This document shows positions 13,219 to 42,864 of a stretch of 64,000 nt of DNA, piece after piece. Source of the DNA: Chrysomallon squamiferum (taxonomy: Eukaryota > Animalia > Mollusca). Position numbers and translations under genes: made by a program. The stretch covers positions 7,192,001-7,256,000 of the forward strand of contig CM022665.1 in assembly GCA_012295275.1 (NCBI GenBank), given 5' to 3'. Every line of letters begins with the position of its first letter. The stretch's first letter is position 1. A model generated the notes under the pieces. The model did no database searches. It worked only from the letters and a program-made list of their open reading frames with translations, and was not told where the DNA came from.

Positions 13219-14503
13219 TTTCGACTGATTAACGATCTGATGGTATTTACTAAGGTCTGTTGGAATGCAGCGAATGTTTAATGATGGCGAATGTTAGCGT
13301 CTAAATAATGATTTCCGCAGTGATATCGAACGTGCGAGTTTCTCTTTGTTTTCCTCCACAACAATTGGAGAACCACTTGTGCCTATTACAACGTAAAGAT
13401 TGTCATTTCTGCCTTGAAATTAAATATTAACTTATGGCACAATATATATATTTTAAAGATTTAAAAAAATCCCCCAAAACACACACACACACACACGCAA
13501 AAAACCAATAAAAAACCCAACAAAAAACCCCAACATGTTATTGTATTACTCCTTTCCCAAAACCTGCATTGCCCAAAAGAACAAAAATTTAGTATTAAAT
13601 ACATTCCCATGATTACACGCATTATCTCATTGTTATTAAAAATATTTTGAAAATGTGGAATGCTGTAATATGGCAGATTTTAAGAAATTTCCTCAATAAT
13701 AATAATAAAAAAACAACAAAAACCCCCATTTATCTAGAATGTTGTTTTTTTTTTGGGGAGGATTCTAACAACTTCAGTTTTAAGAGTCCAAACTGACAAT
13801 ATTGTTAAAATGCAACAGATGGTTTAACTTATTGATTTATGTTTCAAAATACTAGCCACATGACATAAAATAACGTATCTTAGTATAACTGCTAGCTCAT
13901 CAGAAGTTCTGAATCACAATTCTCAACATTATTTCTGGACAATTATGCAAAATATATTCACAGTCACACCTCAGAACAATTAGACAGAATTATTAGCAAT
14001 TGAAGATGTTTATAAATAATGCAGCAAAAGCAGATACTTAACATTCCATCTACGTGATGTTACAATTACACTAAAAAAAAGGGAAGAAATTAATAAAATT
14101 TCACAAATGCTTTTGTCCTTTTTGTGTGATATTTAGAAATTAAATATAACAAACAAGTATTTTCCAATCACCTAAATTGCGGATAACTCATTTGTTATTC
14201 TTTTAAACAATTTCAAAGTTTTCTAACAACTGGTTCTTTAAAATACAAGCCACACATCTGAAGCCCTTATTAATGTTTTCATGGTCATAATTTGGAAATA
14301 AGACAAATGTACTGGTAAACAAATTTTGTTTTCTTTCTCTTTCTCCTTTTTATTTATTTTTTTTTTTAAAAGAGTTCTTAAAATTTACTTGGCCTTTATG
14401 AATCGGGTATATATTTACAAATTAATTTGGAAATTAATATTATTATTCTCTTTTATTGCAAGTTAAGTCTTAACTTATTTTTTTTTTAATTCTTTTTATA
14501 AGC

Positions 14504-14542
<39 letters not shown>

Positions 14543-15186
14543 CACCTTGAAGATAATCTGTTTATTAAAAAACAAATTACTGTTACACCTAACAAATATG
14601 TATACAAAATAAATAAAATATTTTATACTGTTTTATCAAAAGATCATGAAAGCTATGAAAAAAAAAAAAAAAGTGAAAGTGTAAATATCAAGTCATGATT
14701 TTGTCACAGATTTTGTAGATGGCTTTAACAAACATAATTTACAAATAACCAAGTTTACATGAGTCATTATTATTCAAAAAGAATTTTACCTGAGAAATTC
14801 AAATGTATATGTGTGCAAAGGTCGGCTAATGTAGAATATTTGAAACTTGTTTTTCAAGTTGACCTGTTTCAAAAACAATTCAGAACACAAATGTTTATTC
14901 ATTTCTTTTTGTGTTCATTTAGAAAGAAATACTTTCAATTTGCTATGAGTTCCATATTTCCTAACCATAAATTTTCCTATAGATCTTATTGTATAACAAT
15001 AGTAACAAATACTTGAGAATCAGGTTCTCAGTAACAAACTATTTTCCAGAAAACAGATTCCTGGAAAACATCTTATATTAAAATGTTTTAGAGTCATCAA
15101 GTGCTTCTTTTTGAACAGTTGTGCTATTATTCTGACACACAGTACAGAGAGTGTATCACCAAGATGTTCCTCCACATATTACTCTG

Positions 15187-31019
<15,833 letters not shown>

Positions 31020-31693
31020 TATTAACTGTAAATAAAAAAGAGTACATGTATAATGCAGCTGAAACATAATACTGTATTAGATTATCACGATTTAAAGAAG
31101 CTTACATTATATAATGTTATAGCTTAGTCACGTTAGCGTAAAAATATTTTACCATTGGCAGCATTTGTATGTAAATTTTTATATTTTGGATCTTAAATGA
31201 CTAAACTTTTTGACTAAAGGAATAGATATTTGTTGTTTTTTGGGGGAGTTGTAACCAAAAAAAATGCACCATCCATTAGAGATCCAAAACATGATGGTTA
31301 ATATTTTGCTGATAAGATTTCATTTTCAAATAACATCAACAAAATTACTTTTTCTTAAGTTAGAAAAAAAAAGTTCTCTGGATGAAGTTTCACACATTAG
31401 AACATTTCTGGATATACACCAGAGATCTTTTACTGCTAATAAAATAAATAGCAGTCAGTGAAGTAGAGGTTAGTAGATAATAGCTTCCATTTTCATTACC
31501 TGTTAAATATTCATTATATTGTATGTTCAATAACATGATCATGATGTACAGTAAATCATGTAATAATGGTTGTAATATATTTCATAACTGTTTTCTTTTC
31601 TTTGTAACAACTGTTGTATCATAAATAACATAATAAAAATATTAAAACAGAAATAAAAATGAGCAATTATGCAAATAAATAATCACCCTTCCA

Positions 31694-31757
31694 CCATCCC
31701 GATTTGAACCTAAACACTTTCAGCCGCAGAAGCACTACACATAACCACCACACCAAC
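31694..31757 (-). mobile_element. tRNA-derived SINE head or tRNA pseudogene fragment
   Basis: Minus strand reads GTTGGTGTGGTGGTTA...AGGTTCAAATCGGGATGG: A-box-like and B-box-like (GGTTCAAATC) motifs at tRNA-like spacing; no convincing cloverleaf. Confidence 0.45.
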
Positions 31758-32067
31758 ATCAAAAACAACCAGCTATGTTTGAAATTAAATTATTATTACA
31801 TGTATGAAGTATTTAGAAGTTTTAAATAATCATGTTCATTAAGAAATATGTTCTACTATATTCTATAACATATAAATAGAATAATTTTATTAATAATAAA
31901 CTAAATCTATTTTAAGCGTCAGAAACATATTTGATGTGAAATAAAAACACATTACCAGTTAGTTAATAATTTATCCACAGAGTTAACAGCAGAATTATTG
32001 CAGACTACTAAGTACTATCTTATATTAATTAAGAGATATCCGAGGAATAAAAATATACTGATATTAT

Positions 32068-32350
32068 ACTTACTGGTAAGTCATAAGCAACATCGAGATA
32101 CACCGCACATGCGCAATGAAGCCATTTATAACTTCCTTTTAAGCAGGAACTTCAACATTGGAATCTGTGTTCTCCCAATTCAGAATAATGTTTTATAATT
32201 GGCAAGCAAAATTCTTATTTTTGCTTTTATGACCATTGATGAATTCTGATGTGCACTTTCATAAATGTAATAAGTTAAGATTACGGTAAAAGTTGAACTC
32301 TACGAAGTTGTTCTCGGGCACCTTTTTGTATTCTTGGTAGCGTTAATATT
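32068..32350. promoter_or_regulatory. Probable bidirectional promoter and first-exon region of BRF1 (minus) and the kelch-like gene (plus)
   Basis: Both start codons follow acceptor sites (about 31026 on minus; 33814-33815 on plus), implying upstream non-coding exons. CpG-containing patch with an NRF1-like GCACATGCGCA (32105-32115) and GTAAGT donors. Confidence 0.5.
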
Positions 32351-33869
32351 ATTCGTAGCAACTGGCTAGGATGTTTGTTTTTAATAACTATATAGTTATA
32401 GACTTTTAAAAATATATTCTTTACTTTTAAAATTATTATTATTTTATTGTAAAGTCGCCAGATGGAAATTACAAAAGTGCTTCAATGTTTCATCAGCTAA
32501 GCTAATTCATTAGTATGACATACCTTCGTAAGTGATAAATCACTAGACCGATACTCGTTAGACGGTTAATCAATTAATGAAATTATGACATGTTAGACTC
32601 TTGCAGTTTCAGAAATAATATATTTAAATACAGATACATCTTCTGCATATTCTGTTTTATGATTATGCTAAGTACTCAACTTTATTTTTTAAACAGTATA
32701 TACGCACTTACAACTACATAAAAGAACCGCTTTGTCAGTTTGTGTTGACCAAAACCAGAATGATTTAAAGCAAGGCATTAAATATTCATTAATAACAATA
32801 AGAATAACAACAAACTAGTAATAATGATTATTCTTTTACAGAATTCAATATTACTTATACTCAAAATATTAGTATGATCACTGGTTAATGTTTACATCTA
32901 ACATGCCTTGCCATTGGTGACCAAAGAGTACATTTGTCAGTCTAAAACTGTAAAGGGTGAAGGGTATATAGATGAGGAAATTCTATATACTGACTGAAGT
33001 TTTAAGCATTAAAGAAGAAATTAAACCAAAGTCCAAAGGTTCAATGCTTGAGGATAAAAAATTATATTGACATCAAATTTAATCATCAAGTTTACCCAAG
33101 GAAAATCATTCAATTGCTTTTCGAACAATACAGTCTTTTTTTCCCATTTTTTTTTTTTTTTTATTTTTTTTTTAATAATGATGCTGAGATTGATGATATT
33201 ATGCAGTGTATATTTATTATAAGGTACTAACATATTGGAGAAACTGCCTTCAACATTAATAAATATAAACTGTTTTCACTTGTCCATTTGTCATACTTTT
33301 TTTTGCCTTAATTTCTGTCTATACTTACTATTTCCAGATGTGCGTTCTGTTGTATTTTCTGTTTATAAAGAAATTTGTAGAATGACAGTTAATGCACTAT
33401 TAGGGTAAGATAATTTTAGCACAAGACAGCTGATAGCTACATATATCAGTAAGAAGTTGTTTTTTAATAAAAAAAATAAACTAATAAACTTCTGCTTAAC
33501 ATTAATTTTTAATAGATGTTGAGATGAAGTTAAGTTAGATTTTATTTACATTTATTTTTGTCAAATTTACAGCAATAGTATTTAAAAAACACCTTTCTAT
33601 CAAACAATATAATTTTGTGAGCAGTGCATTAAGTAGCATAAAGCAATTATGAATAAAAAGATACCTATATGTTTTACTACATGCATATGTAATAGTAACT
33701 TATATTCTTACTGTATTTTCCATGTAACTTAAATTGGCCAGTAAGAATACTGATAAAAAAAATGATGATATTAAATAGTTTACTTTCTTTTCTTATGTTT
33801 ATTTGTTTATTTCAGAGTTGTATGTTATCTATCTGTTAAAGAACTGCCCTGTGGCCAGCAGATCAAGAA

Positions 33870-36800
33870 ATGGCCGAGGGTCAGGAAATAGCACCAACCA
33901 CCAACAGTGGTGATGTTTTTCGTGTAGAAGAAAGGCCTGAACATGGCATGAAGATTCTTCAGGGGTTGAACAAATTGAAGCTGGACAAAATATTATGTGA
34001 TGTCACTCTTATTGCTGAAGGTAAAGAATACATTTTTATTTAATAATTAGGACCCAATCCCTCAAAATCAGGAATATTTAAGAAAATTACTTTTCTGAGT
34101 TAAAGTACTGTGTGAAAGATAATTTTATTGGTTTTACAACAGTAACAAAAAAAAAATAAAAAATCTAGCTATCTTGTTCACTAAGTTAATATTTTATAAA
34201 AAGAAAGTGTATGAAATCATTATCTCAAAAATGATTCTTAGGAAAACAGCTTTAATGTTTAATGCAGGGTTGTGCAACTTGTGGCCCAAGGAAGCATGAC
34301 GTGTGGCCATGGGAAGGATGTCACCTCGTCACATTTAACGTCTCATTTGAAATATAACGAGGCTGCATATTATAAATACTCATACACCATGAACTTCCTA
34401 TGAGTGTCTCATGCCGTACACCACAGGGCATCCAGTATTCATGTTTAGATTCGACAGTTTTAAAGTTGTTATTTAATAAAAGGAATAAATAATATTAAGA
34501 ACTGTTTTATTTTTACTTTAATGGGAATCATAGAGGGATGAAGTCAGTTTTCATGGAAACATGTAAACACACCCATTATTTATATGCGACATGATACATC
34601 ATAGTTCACTGTTAGAAAATTATGCAAAATTGTGTGGTACGCTTTCAGATTTTACTTAATCACAATGACATTTTTGTGGCCATAGTGCCAGTGAAGTTAA
34701 AGCACTGTGGCCTATAAGACCAGAACATTTGGGCACCCCTGGTTTAGTGAATTATGAAGTATTTCCATGTATTTTCAACATCAAGACAGATCTCATCAAA
34801 TTTAGCATGGTAAAATGTCATCTTCACAGCTGCAATAGTTTAATAAGAGATGGCCTTTTCTAAAATTCTGTATTAAGTAAAAAAAAAAAAAAAGGAACAA
34901 CTGTTCTACAAGGTTCACAGAAACTACCTATGTGTTCAATCTGACATATCAAGACAGTCACAATGTTTTTGTTATTTTCTTGATGTGCCAGTGACAGGAG
35001 TCACTTCATAGATGATTGAGCTGTTCTTGTTGCAGCAGTGGATTAATGTGGCTTAGATTATATCAGCTCAGGACAGGTGATTTCTGCAGAAACTGGTTGG
35101 CAGAATTCTCACATCTTTTCATGTGGAGGTTCTGTTGCTGCAGACAGAGCAGTAAGTGGGTGGTATAACAGTAGCAACTCCAGATGAATCCACAAATGTG
35201 TTCAAGTTCTTGGTCAATATTTTTAGAAAATTTGATTGAAGCTGTGTATGTCAGCAGTTGGTTGGTCCTGGTCATCCTTGCCACTTTTGCAGGCATAGAA
35301 AGAATCAATACTTGCTGCTTCATTGGTGGTGACTGAACACTAGACTGATGTCAGGACTGTGCTGCTGTGCATAATACACATTTTGTTAGTGGAAAAATAT
35401 CCCATAATAGTTCAGAGTTAAAACAATGCAAATATATAATGTGGAAGCAACTCATCCGAATAACCACATTTTATTTTGTTCAGGGTCACTGAGTATTTGC
35501 AATGTTATGACTGTTTGTATATTGTTATAACAGCATAATAATAATCTGCAGTAACTGGGACTAACTTAAAGTACTGACTGATACCTGAACATTATATATT
35601 TATTTTTTTTACCTTAAAAAAACAATAATTTGTGTTCTTCAAAGCAGAATTGCAATCCTGACTTATTTCTGATTTTGATAAAATTTTATTTAAAAAATTA
35701 CTGAAACCTGTCAACTATAAAACACATTAGTTAATTAAACCCCCCTAAAAAACAACTTTTTATTTTATTTTTAAGATCAATTTTTGTAATTTACTTTTTT
35801 TATATTTTATCATTGACACTTCATTTATAATTTGCAAACAGATTGACTTTTATGTTAAATTAGGATTATTTGCAATAATCTGTAATAATCCCTCTTTCTT
35901 TCTAGGTAGCAAATTTGATGTACATCGTGTTATTCTGGTCTCGTGCTCAGATTACTTCCGCTCCATGTTTACCAGTGGAATGCGAGAGAGTACTCAGAAA
36001 GAAATAGAACTAAAAGGGATTACTGCAAAAGGTTTGGAAAAGGTTTTGGAAGTTATCTACACATCAACAACCACACTGGAGGGTGATGACATTTTTGATG
36101 TTATTGCAGCAGCCACTCATTTACAAGTTACACCTGTGATTGAATTTTGTGAACGAAACTTTCTGAGTGGAATGACCACTTCCAACTTTTATGATTTTAT
36201 CAACACTGCAAAGCTATATAGCATGAACAATGCTCTGAAGCAAATAGATGTTTTTATAGCACAAAATCTCATGCAAATTGCTAAAGAAGGAACCCTTCAG
36301 TTGCTGACTTATGAACAAATGCTGAATTGCTTAAAAAGTGAAAAGCTGTGTCTGCGTGAGATTGATATATTCAGAATTACTTGGGAATGGTTGAAACAGG
36401 TTGTAATCCAAGAAGATCATTCACCAGCTCTGATGAAGTTGATTCGTTTTCCTCTTATAAATCCTGCTGATTTAGTTCAGCATGTGCAGCGTGTGGACAC
36501 AATGATGTCAAATCCAGAACTGCGACAAATGGTCCTCGGTGCATTAAACTATCATGTTGTTCCACATTCTCAGCCACTTGTTATGTCGTACAGTGTTCAG
36601 TTACGTTCCTATGTAGACAGACTTCTCAGTGTTGGTGGAAGAGAAATTCATCCAAATCCATGCTTACATGATGAAATTTTGATCTTTGATTCCAAAATTA
36701 CAGCCAACACTTTGTTAAATAGACAAGAAGTTGCCACCTTACCAAGTGCTTTGAGTCACATGCAAGTCGTAGTATACAACAACTTTCTGTACGTACTGGG

Positions 36801-37554
36801 AGGCTGTACAACTCAGTGTGCCCATGGAGAATCTGCTGTAAATTCTGTACTCCGTTATGATCCACGGTTTGACAGCTGGTTTCAGGTTTGTCCAATGTTA
36901 AATAAAAGGGCATATTTTTTTGCAGGAGCTTTAAACAACAAAGTGTATTCTGTGGGTGGAAAGTTTAAAGATGGAAGCTTGGCAACTGCAGAGGCCTATG
37001 ATCCTGCTCACAATACGTGGGAACTTATAGCATCTATGCCAATGTCATATCACGCACATGCTGGTGCTGTATATAGCAACTACATATATATTTCTGGAGG
37101 CTACAGTGGAAACCATTTCACTCCTGATATGCAGCGCTATGATCCTCAGACAAATCAATGGGAAGATATGGCACCGATGCTGACTCCAAGAGGCTGGCAT
37201 GTTATGTGTGCAACACATGAGAGACTGTTTGTGTTTGGTGGCTGCAATTTGAATGTCAATCAACAGGCTCAGCCTGTAATGCAATCAGAGTGTTACGATC
37301 CTACAACTGACCAGTGGACAATTATAGCACCTTTATCAATATCTCATAAGGAAGCTTCATGTGTTGTCTACAATGATCACATATATGTACTGGGGGGTTA
37401 CAATGTTCAGACAAAGACTGGACAAAAACTTGTTTCAAAATATGACATTTATACAGGTATCTGGGAAACTGTGGGAGCACTGCCCCGCAGTTTAACTGGG
37501 GTGGGTTACTGTACACTGAAGCTTCCTTCTTACAATGTTGATGAGAGAGATTAA
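33870..37554 (+). CDS. Kelch-like protein (BTB-BACK-Kelch repeats; probable CUL3 adaptor), about 599 aa
   Basis: Exon 33870-34020 (MAEGQE...LCDVTLIAEG) joins in phase 1 to 35906-37554 (SKFDVHRVILVSCSDYFRSMFTSGMRES...). BACK domain (IRFPLI) and Kelch GG...Y..W repeats. Resembles the KLHL9/13/26/36 group; subfamily not assignable by eye. Confidence 0.92.
34265..34741. mobile_element. hAT (Charlie-like) MITE in the kelch-like gene intron
   Basis: Termini CAGGGTTGTGCAA and (reverse complement) CAGGGGTGCCCAA; 8-bp TSD GTTTAATG / GTTTAGTG (7 of 8 match); subterminal GTGGCC repeats. Confidence 0.75.
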
Positions 37555-40500
37555 AAATAATAAGTAGTTACTTCTACTTAGAAAAACAAATAAAACCTTT
37601 TGAGAAATATATATTTTGAAATCTGTCTTTATATTTGTTAATTTAACATATATCAATTTCTTTTTGTGCAAGAAGGATTTATGTTATATTAACATAATTG
37701 CTTGTTTGGCAGTTCATTTACCTTCTCCTCAAAATCAACCAAAAATATAAAAACCCAACATATAATAATGAATAAATATAAATTATTGTTAGAATTATAC
37801 TTGTTATACATCTATACATATGTATTTACAAGCTACGGGTGTTTTACTGAATAATGTGTCAAATTTTTTTAATATGTTTTTTAGATTTCGACTGCTGGTT
37901 AGGTTTTAAGGTAAGGCATTTAAAATTTAAATGTGAAATGTAATTGTTACAAGGAAATTATCAGAATTTGTTTTACTAGTTTGGGATTATTGTATTTGCT
38001 TTTTTTGAGATTTTGTGATATGATGATTTCAATAGTATATAACTACTAAATCAAAAGTAGAGTGATAATTTATAGTTTCTTGAATTTTAAACAATACTAC
38101 TATAAATTAATTGTAATTTGTTTTTTTTGTTTGTTTTTTACTTTTTTATTATTAACTACACAATTATTGTAATACAAATAGTCATCATTTTCATTCCTTT
38201 AATATTTTGTGTGTTATTTTGTAATGATATAAATATCTGCATATGAAAGTAATTGTTTCACTTTATGATATTTTTACATTAATAAAATGAGAAATCATTT
38301 TCCTTTTTATACGAAACTACTATTATAGGCATGGGTTTTGAGAAATTTTGAAACAAAAATAAAATAGTGTTCAGTTTCTTAATTAACACACACTAACAAG
38401 TTCTGTGGGCAAAGAATCTGTTCTCCAGGTCACTGTTGATTGTTCTTAGTTGTAAGCTACCAACTGCAGTCAGTGACTTTTAAAAGGGGCAGTTTTTGTA
38501 AAATGTTTAATAATATGAAGGTCAATGAAGTTTTTGTTTGGTTTTAGCAAGCTCAGTGATTTGGCTTTCCTAGCAATTTTTGAGAGTATACTACTTCAAG
38601 AATACTACACCACCAAAAACTACTCTCCTCCTCTGGCAAGATATGTGTCAGTAGAAGCTTTTATACTGTGTGCTTCAAGACCAGTGGCTAACTACCATAG
38701 TAAAATACTCTTAATTTAAAAGAACCCCAAAAGTGTCTCTTCCAACCAGTTGCTTATTCAGTCAAATATTTCCAGACTGGCTTTAGTATGTTTATCACCT
38801 AATACTTTTCAGTCAGTTGGGACATGTTAACATTTTCTGTCAAATTCACAAAGAACTATTTTACAAATGGAATTATTTTCAAAATAATCTGGTCATGCTT
38901 TTATTATATTCATTGTAAGAAATACCTTTATGTAATAAACAATTACAGCATAATGTGTGAGTAATGCATGGCATGCTCTTCCTAATAATAAAATAGAGTA
39001 ACATCTATGCATATTACAGTAATACAATACAACAACTACTGCAGAAAGTTCCTGAAGACATTGAAATATCTGGACTATTTTAGGTTTTGTGACATTATTA
39101 TGAGGAAAAAATCACTAATCCTTTTATTTTGTGTAAAATATGAAATGAAAATGTAATCTGAAAAATATATTATTCAGTACTAAAACTAATTTGATTATTA
39201 TTCAAACCCTGTTTAAAGCAAATCATACTGGCAGCTATCAACAATTTGTCATTCTGAATATAAAATTATTTATTTTACACATATTTCTAAAAATAATTTT
39301 CAACAAAGCACAACCTAGTTTAAATACATTAAAACAGTGTAACTTTGCAGCACTGAACGTCTGAAGGAACATGTAAATTTTTTGATAATTATTTTATTAT
39401 TTAAAATAATGTAATATTTTGACCAGTAGTGCATTGAGTGCTGACATTCTGTTGTTAATGTAGGAAATGGAAAACAAAGGCCAGTTATTTGCATGGGCAT
39501 TTATCTTTCAGAAGTTGCTTTGTGGTCAGCCTGTTTTTACTAGCTTTACTTTAAACAAATTTGGTTTTCAGCCCATTATTATTCTCATCATGTACTTAAA
39601 ATTTTCAGTGCTGGCAACTTTTCAACAGGATGGTTAACTTTGAAAGGCTGCCAGCCCTGATGTCTCATCAGTGTTTGATGGAATTTCAAACAATATTATT
39701 ATCCATATATTTGTTTTAATAATTTTTATTTTCATTGTTTTTTTTTTTTTTTTTTTTGTTCACCAAGAAAATCAGATTTCTGAAATATCATAGTGACATC
39801 TATTTCCAGGCGAGGAGAAAATATTTTCCTGATAAATTTTGGGTTTTTTTATTTTTTGTTTCTTTGAGTTGTAAAAGATTGTACAGAACTGATATGTAAC
39901 TAAATACATAATCATTATGGTGGAAAAAATGAATTTAAATTCTATTAATATATGTGAAAATCTGATTATCTCTTTCAACAGATAAAGCCAAAGGCCAAGC
40001 TGGGAATTCCCCTGATGCTGTATATGACTTTCATGTTAATAAAACAGCAAATATTCATAAGAATAAGAGTTTGACTTTTATTTTAAAAATAAATGTAGCT
40101 TGAAGAACTTAATGTTTATTTATCATAGTGATGTGAGCACCAAAAATTCTTTATACCCTTCAGTATGAACAGGTTCACACTAATGAACAATAAAGCTCAT
40201 GTTGTTTGTAAATAAATTTTATCACACTGCCACAATTATTCAGTTTGTTTCTGAAATGAGTCACAAATGCATTATCATTTTACATAACTAAAAGAAGAAA
40301 AAAAAAATCCAAAACATCTTAAGTGAAGAATGAAAAATTTTAAATATTTAAAACATGAAGATAATCTACAGAAATTTGTTTTTGGTTGTTTTTTTCCTGT
40401 ATTCTGTTTAACATTATAGTCATGTTGGTCTTTCTGTATGATGTAACAACAGTGTAGCAAGTGTAACCCGATTCAAAACAACAACTTTGAGTTAATATTC

Positions 40501-42864
40501 TAATTTGTTTTACTAAACAAAATGGTTTATGAAATCCATTAACATTTTGAATCTGATACATCAGTGAAAAATCAAATATATTCTGTTTTGCATGAGCTGT
40601 TCACATCACATTACCTGCTTAATGTAATTTATGCAACATTTTTGATATTTTTATTTTACTTCATTTAATAGCTTATGCATCTCGAGCAGCATAATCTGAT
40701 GCAAAAATATAATGGAAAAGTGCATTTACCACTAGTTAACAATATTAAAAACAAAACAGAAGTGAAATTATTAAATGTTTGTTCCATCATTATTATTTTT
40801 GAAGTAGTATCTACTACAGCATGAATAAATTGTCTAAAAATATTCTTTATAATTGAGTTATAAATTAAATAGGTTTGAACAATGAAATAAACTGTTACAA
40901 AATCTGCCAGCCATCATTTTACAATTTTACAACTGAAGTATGAGGTCATTTCACCACATTCCATGTTAACCAAAACTGCCAGAAGACAGAGTACACTGGT
41001 CCATCCTGTTAACAATGACATCACAACAGAAAAATGGTAGTGCCCAGAATATATATGAGATTCTTTTTTTACATTTCACTAAAGATACACATAAATGTTC
41101 ATTTCCCAGTTTGATGGGATTTTTATGGAAAACATTCAAACCTATGTTTTATTCAAAAATGGTAATCAGCAAGAATAAATCTGGCAAACGAACATTTCTT
41201 ATTCACTGCTAAGATTATCTGGTCTGTTGTCTTTGTTACTTTTATAATATAATTACTTAATATTAAAACTGCACACAACAAACAATTAAAATGAAAAATA
41301 TTCAACAATCTATTATGTTTATTCTATAACAATTTAACATAACAGATGGAAATGTAATATACATATTTATTCAAAAAGTGCTATAAAATAGCATACGATC
41401 TATAAGAAAACACACACCATTAAGAACAAAAACAACAAATAAAATCATTTTTGACAATTACACTTGATTAATAATCATCTTACCTAAATTACATACAGTT
41501 TTTGGTATAAAGGCTATTGTGAATACCGGTGTGTTTTAAAAGTTATGAATTCTTAATGTCTGACAAAACTTAAAACACTCGCAGAAAAAACTGAATAGTA
41601 TTTTTGTTAGAAGTTAATTTTAAGAAATATAACAAAAAACATTAGTTCTTAATGAGGTCAGTACAGTACGTATTTAACTGGAATAATATGGCAGTAAATT
41701 CAGAACATTCTTTTTCTGGGAATAATTGTTTTTGATTCGTATGAATTGGTAAACCTGATGCAGGTTATGATTTCCATATCAGTTACAAGAATGAAGTCAT
41801 GGCTCTTATGTAGTCAAGTTATTTATGGTATTGTTTTCTTACATTTTTCTATACTGAATCAGTTCAGTTAATAATTCAAAGATCTTTTTTTGTAACAACC
41901 TGACAACAGTATATAAATACAAAACTATTATTTACACTGCTAACTGTAAATACACACTATAGAACCATCCAATGGATTTGTAGCAGATACATTATAAAAA
42001 TATCTTACCAATAAAATACAATTTTAAAGGGGTTTTTTCTGGGGTTTTTTCTAATATAATAATATTAATACTTTTTTTTATTATGATTCTGTTTATTATA
42101 TTATTACTTTCCAATGTTTTATTTTGTTTACATTTAACCAAACTAAAATAATTATCAAAATGCATTTCATGCTAATGAGCAATTGTTGTATGCAAAACAT
42201 AAATGCAAACATCAGTTAACTAGAAAAAATGTACATGTAGTGTGTACTAAACAGATATTCTTTTGTCATTCCATCTGATGAGTTGGATAAATATGATCAT
42301 TCTGAGTCTTGAAGTGCTGTCAATTTAAACAAACCATAAGACACTGGCAGGGAAAGTCAGATTCCCAATATTATGTCACACATACACAAATTCCTTTTTC
42401 CGAATGCATTTCTTTTTATTCAACAACAGGAAATCTTATTTTAAAAATCTAAATTTTATCCTGTTTGTGATATTTTCTTCCATTTTGTTAGAGTTTATTA
42501 ACAGTGTCATGTCAAAATCAAAACAAAACAAAATGTTTCCTCCAATTTCTCAATTTAAAACATTTCTTAATGCTACAGATTACAATAAAAATATCAGACT
42601 GTTGCCAACATTTTAAAAAACATCATGGCAACCTTGAAATTATAAAGCACTATTATGGTTGTTGGAAGAAATGGCCTAAAAACATTGTGTATGCTTTCAG
42701 TAAATAACCTTGGCTAAAAAGAAAGTAAAACAACTGACTTAAATTTGAATGTATATGAAACAACATGAATAATAAAGGCTGGTCACCCGGGAGCATACAA
42801 GTGCATTTAGACTATCTATTTCCAATATTATGGCACAGATACACTTTAACTAAGATTGTTATAA

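Noticed and set aside
35000-35360. GC-richer intronic block with an 86-aa minus-strand ORF
   Set aside because: No recognisable domain or splice structure; probably a decayed TE remnant.
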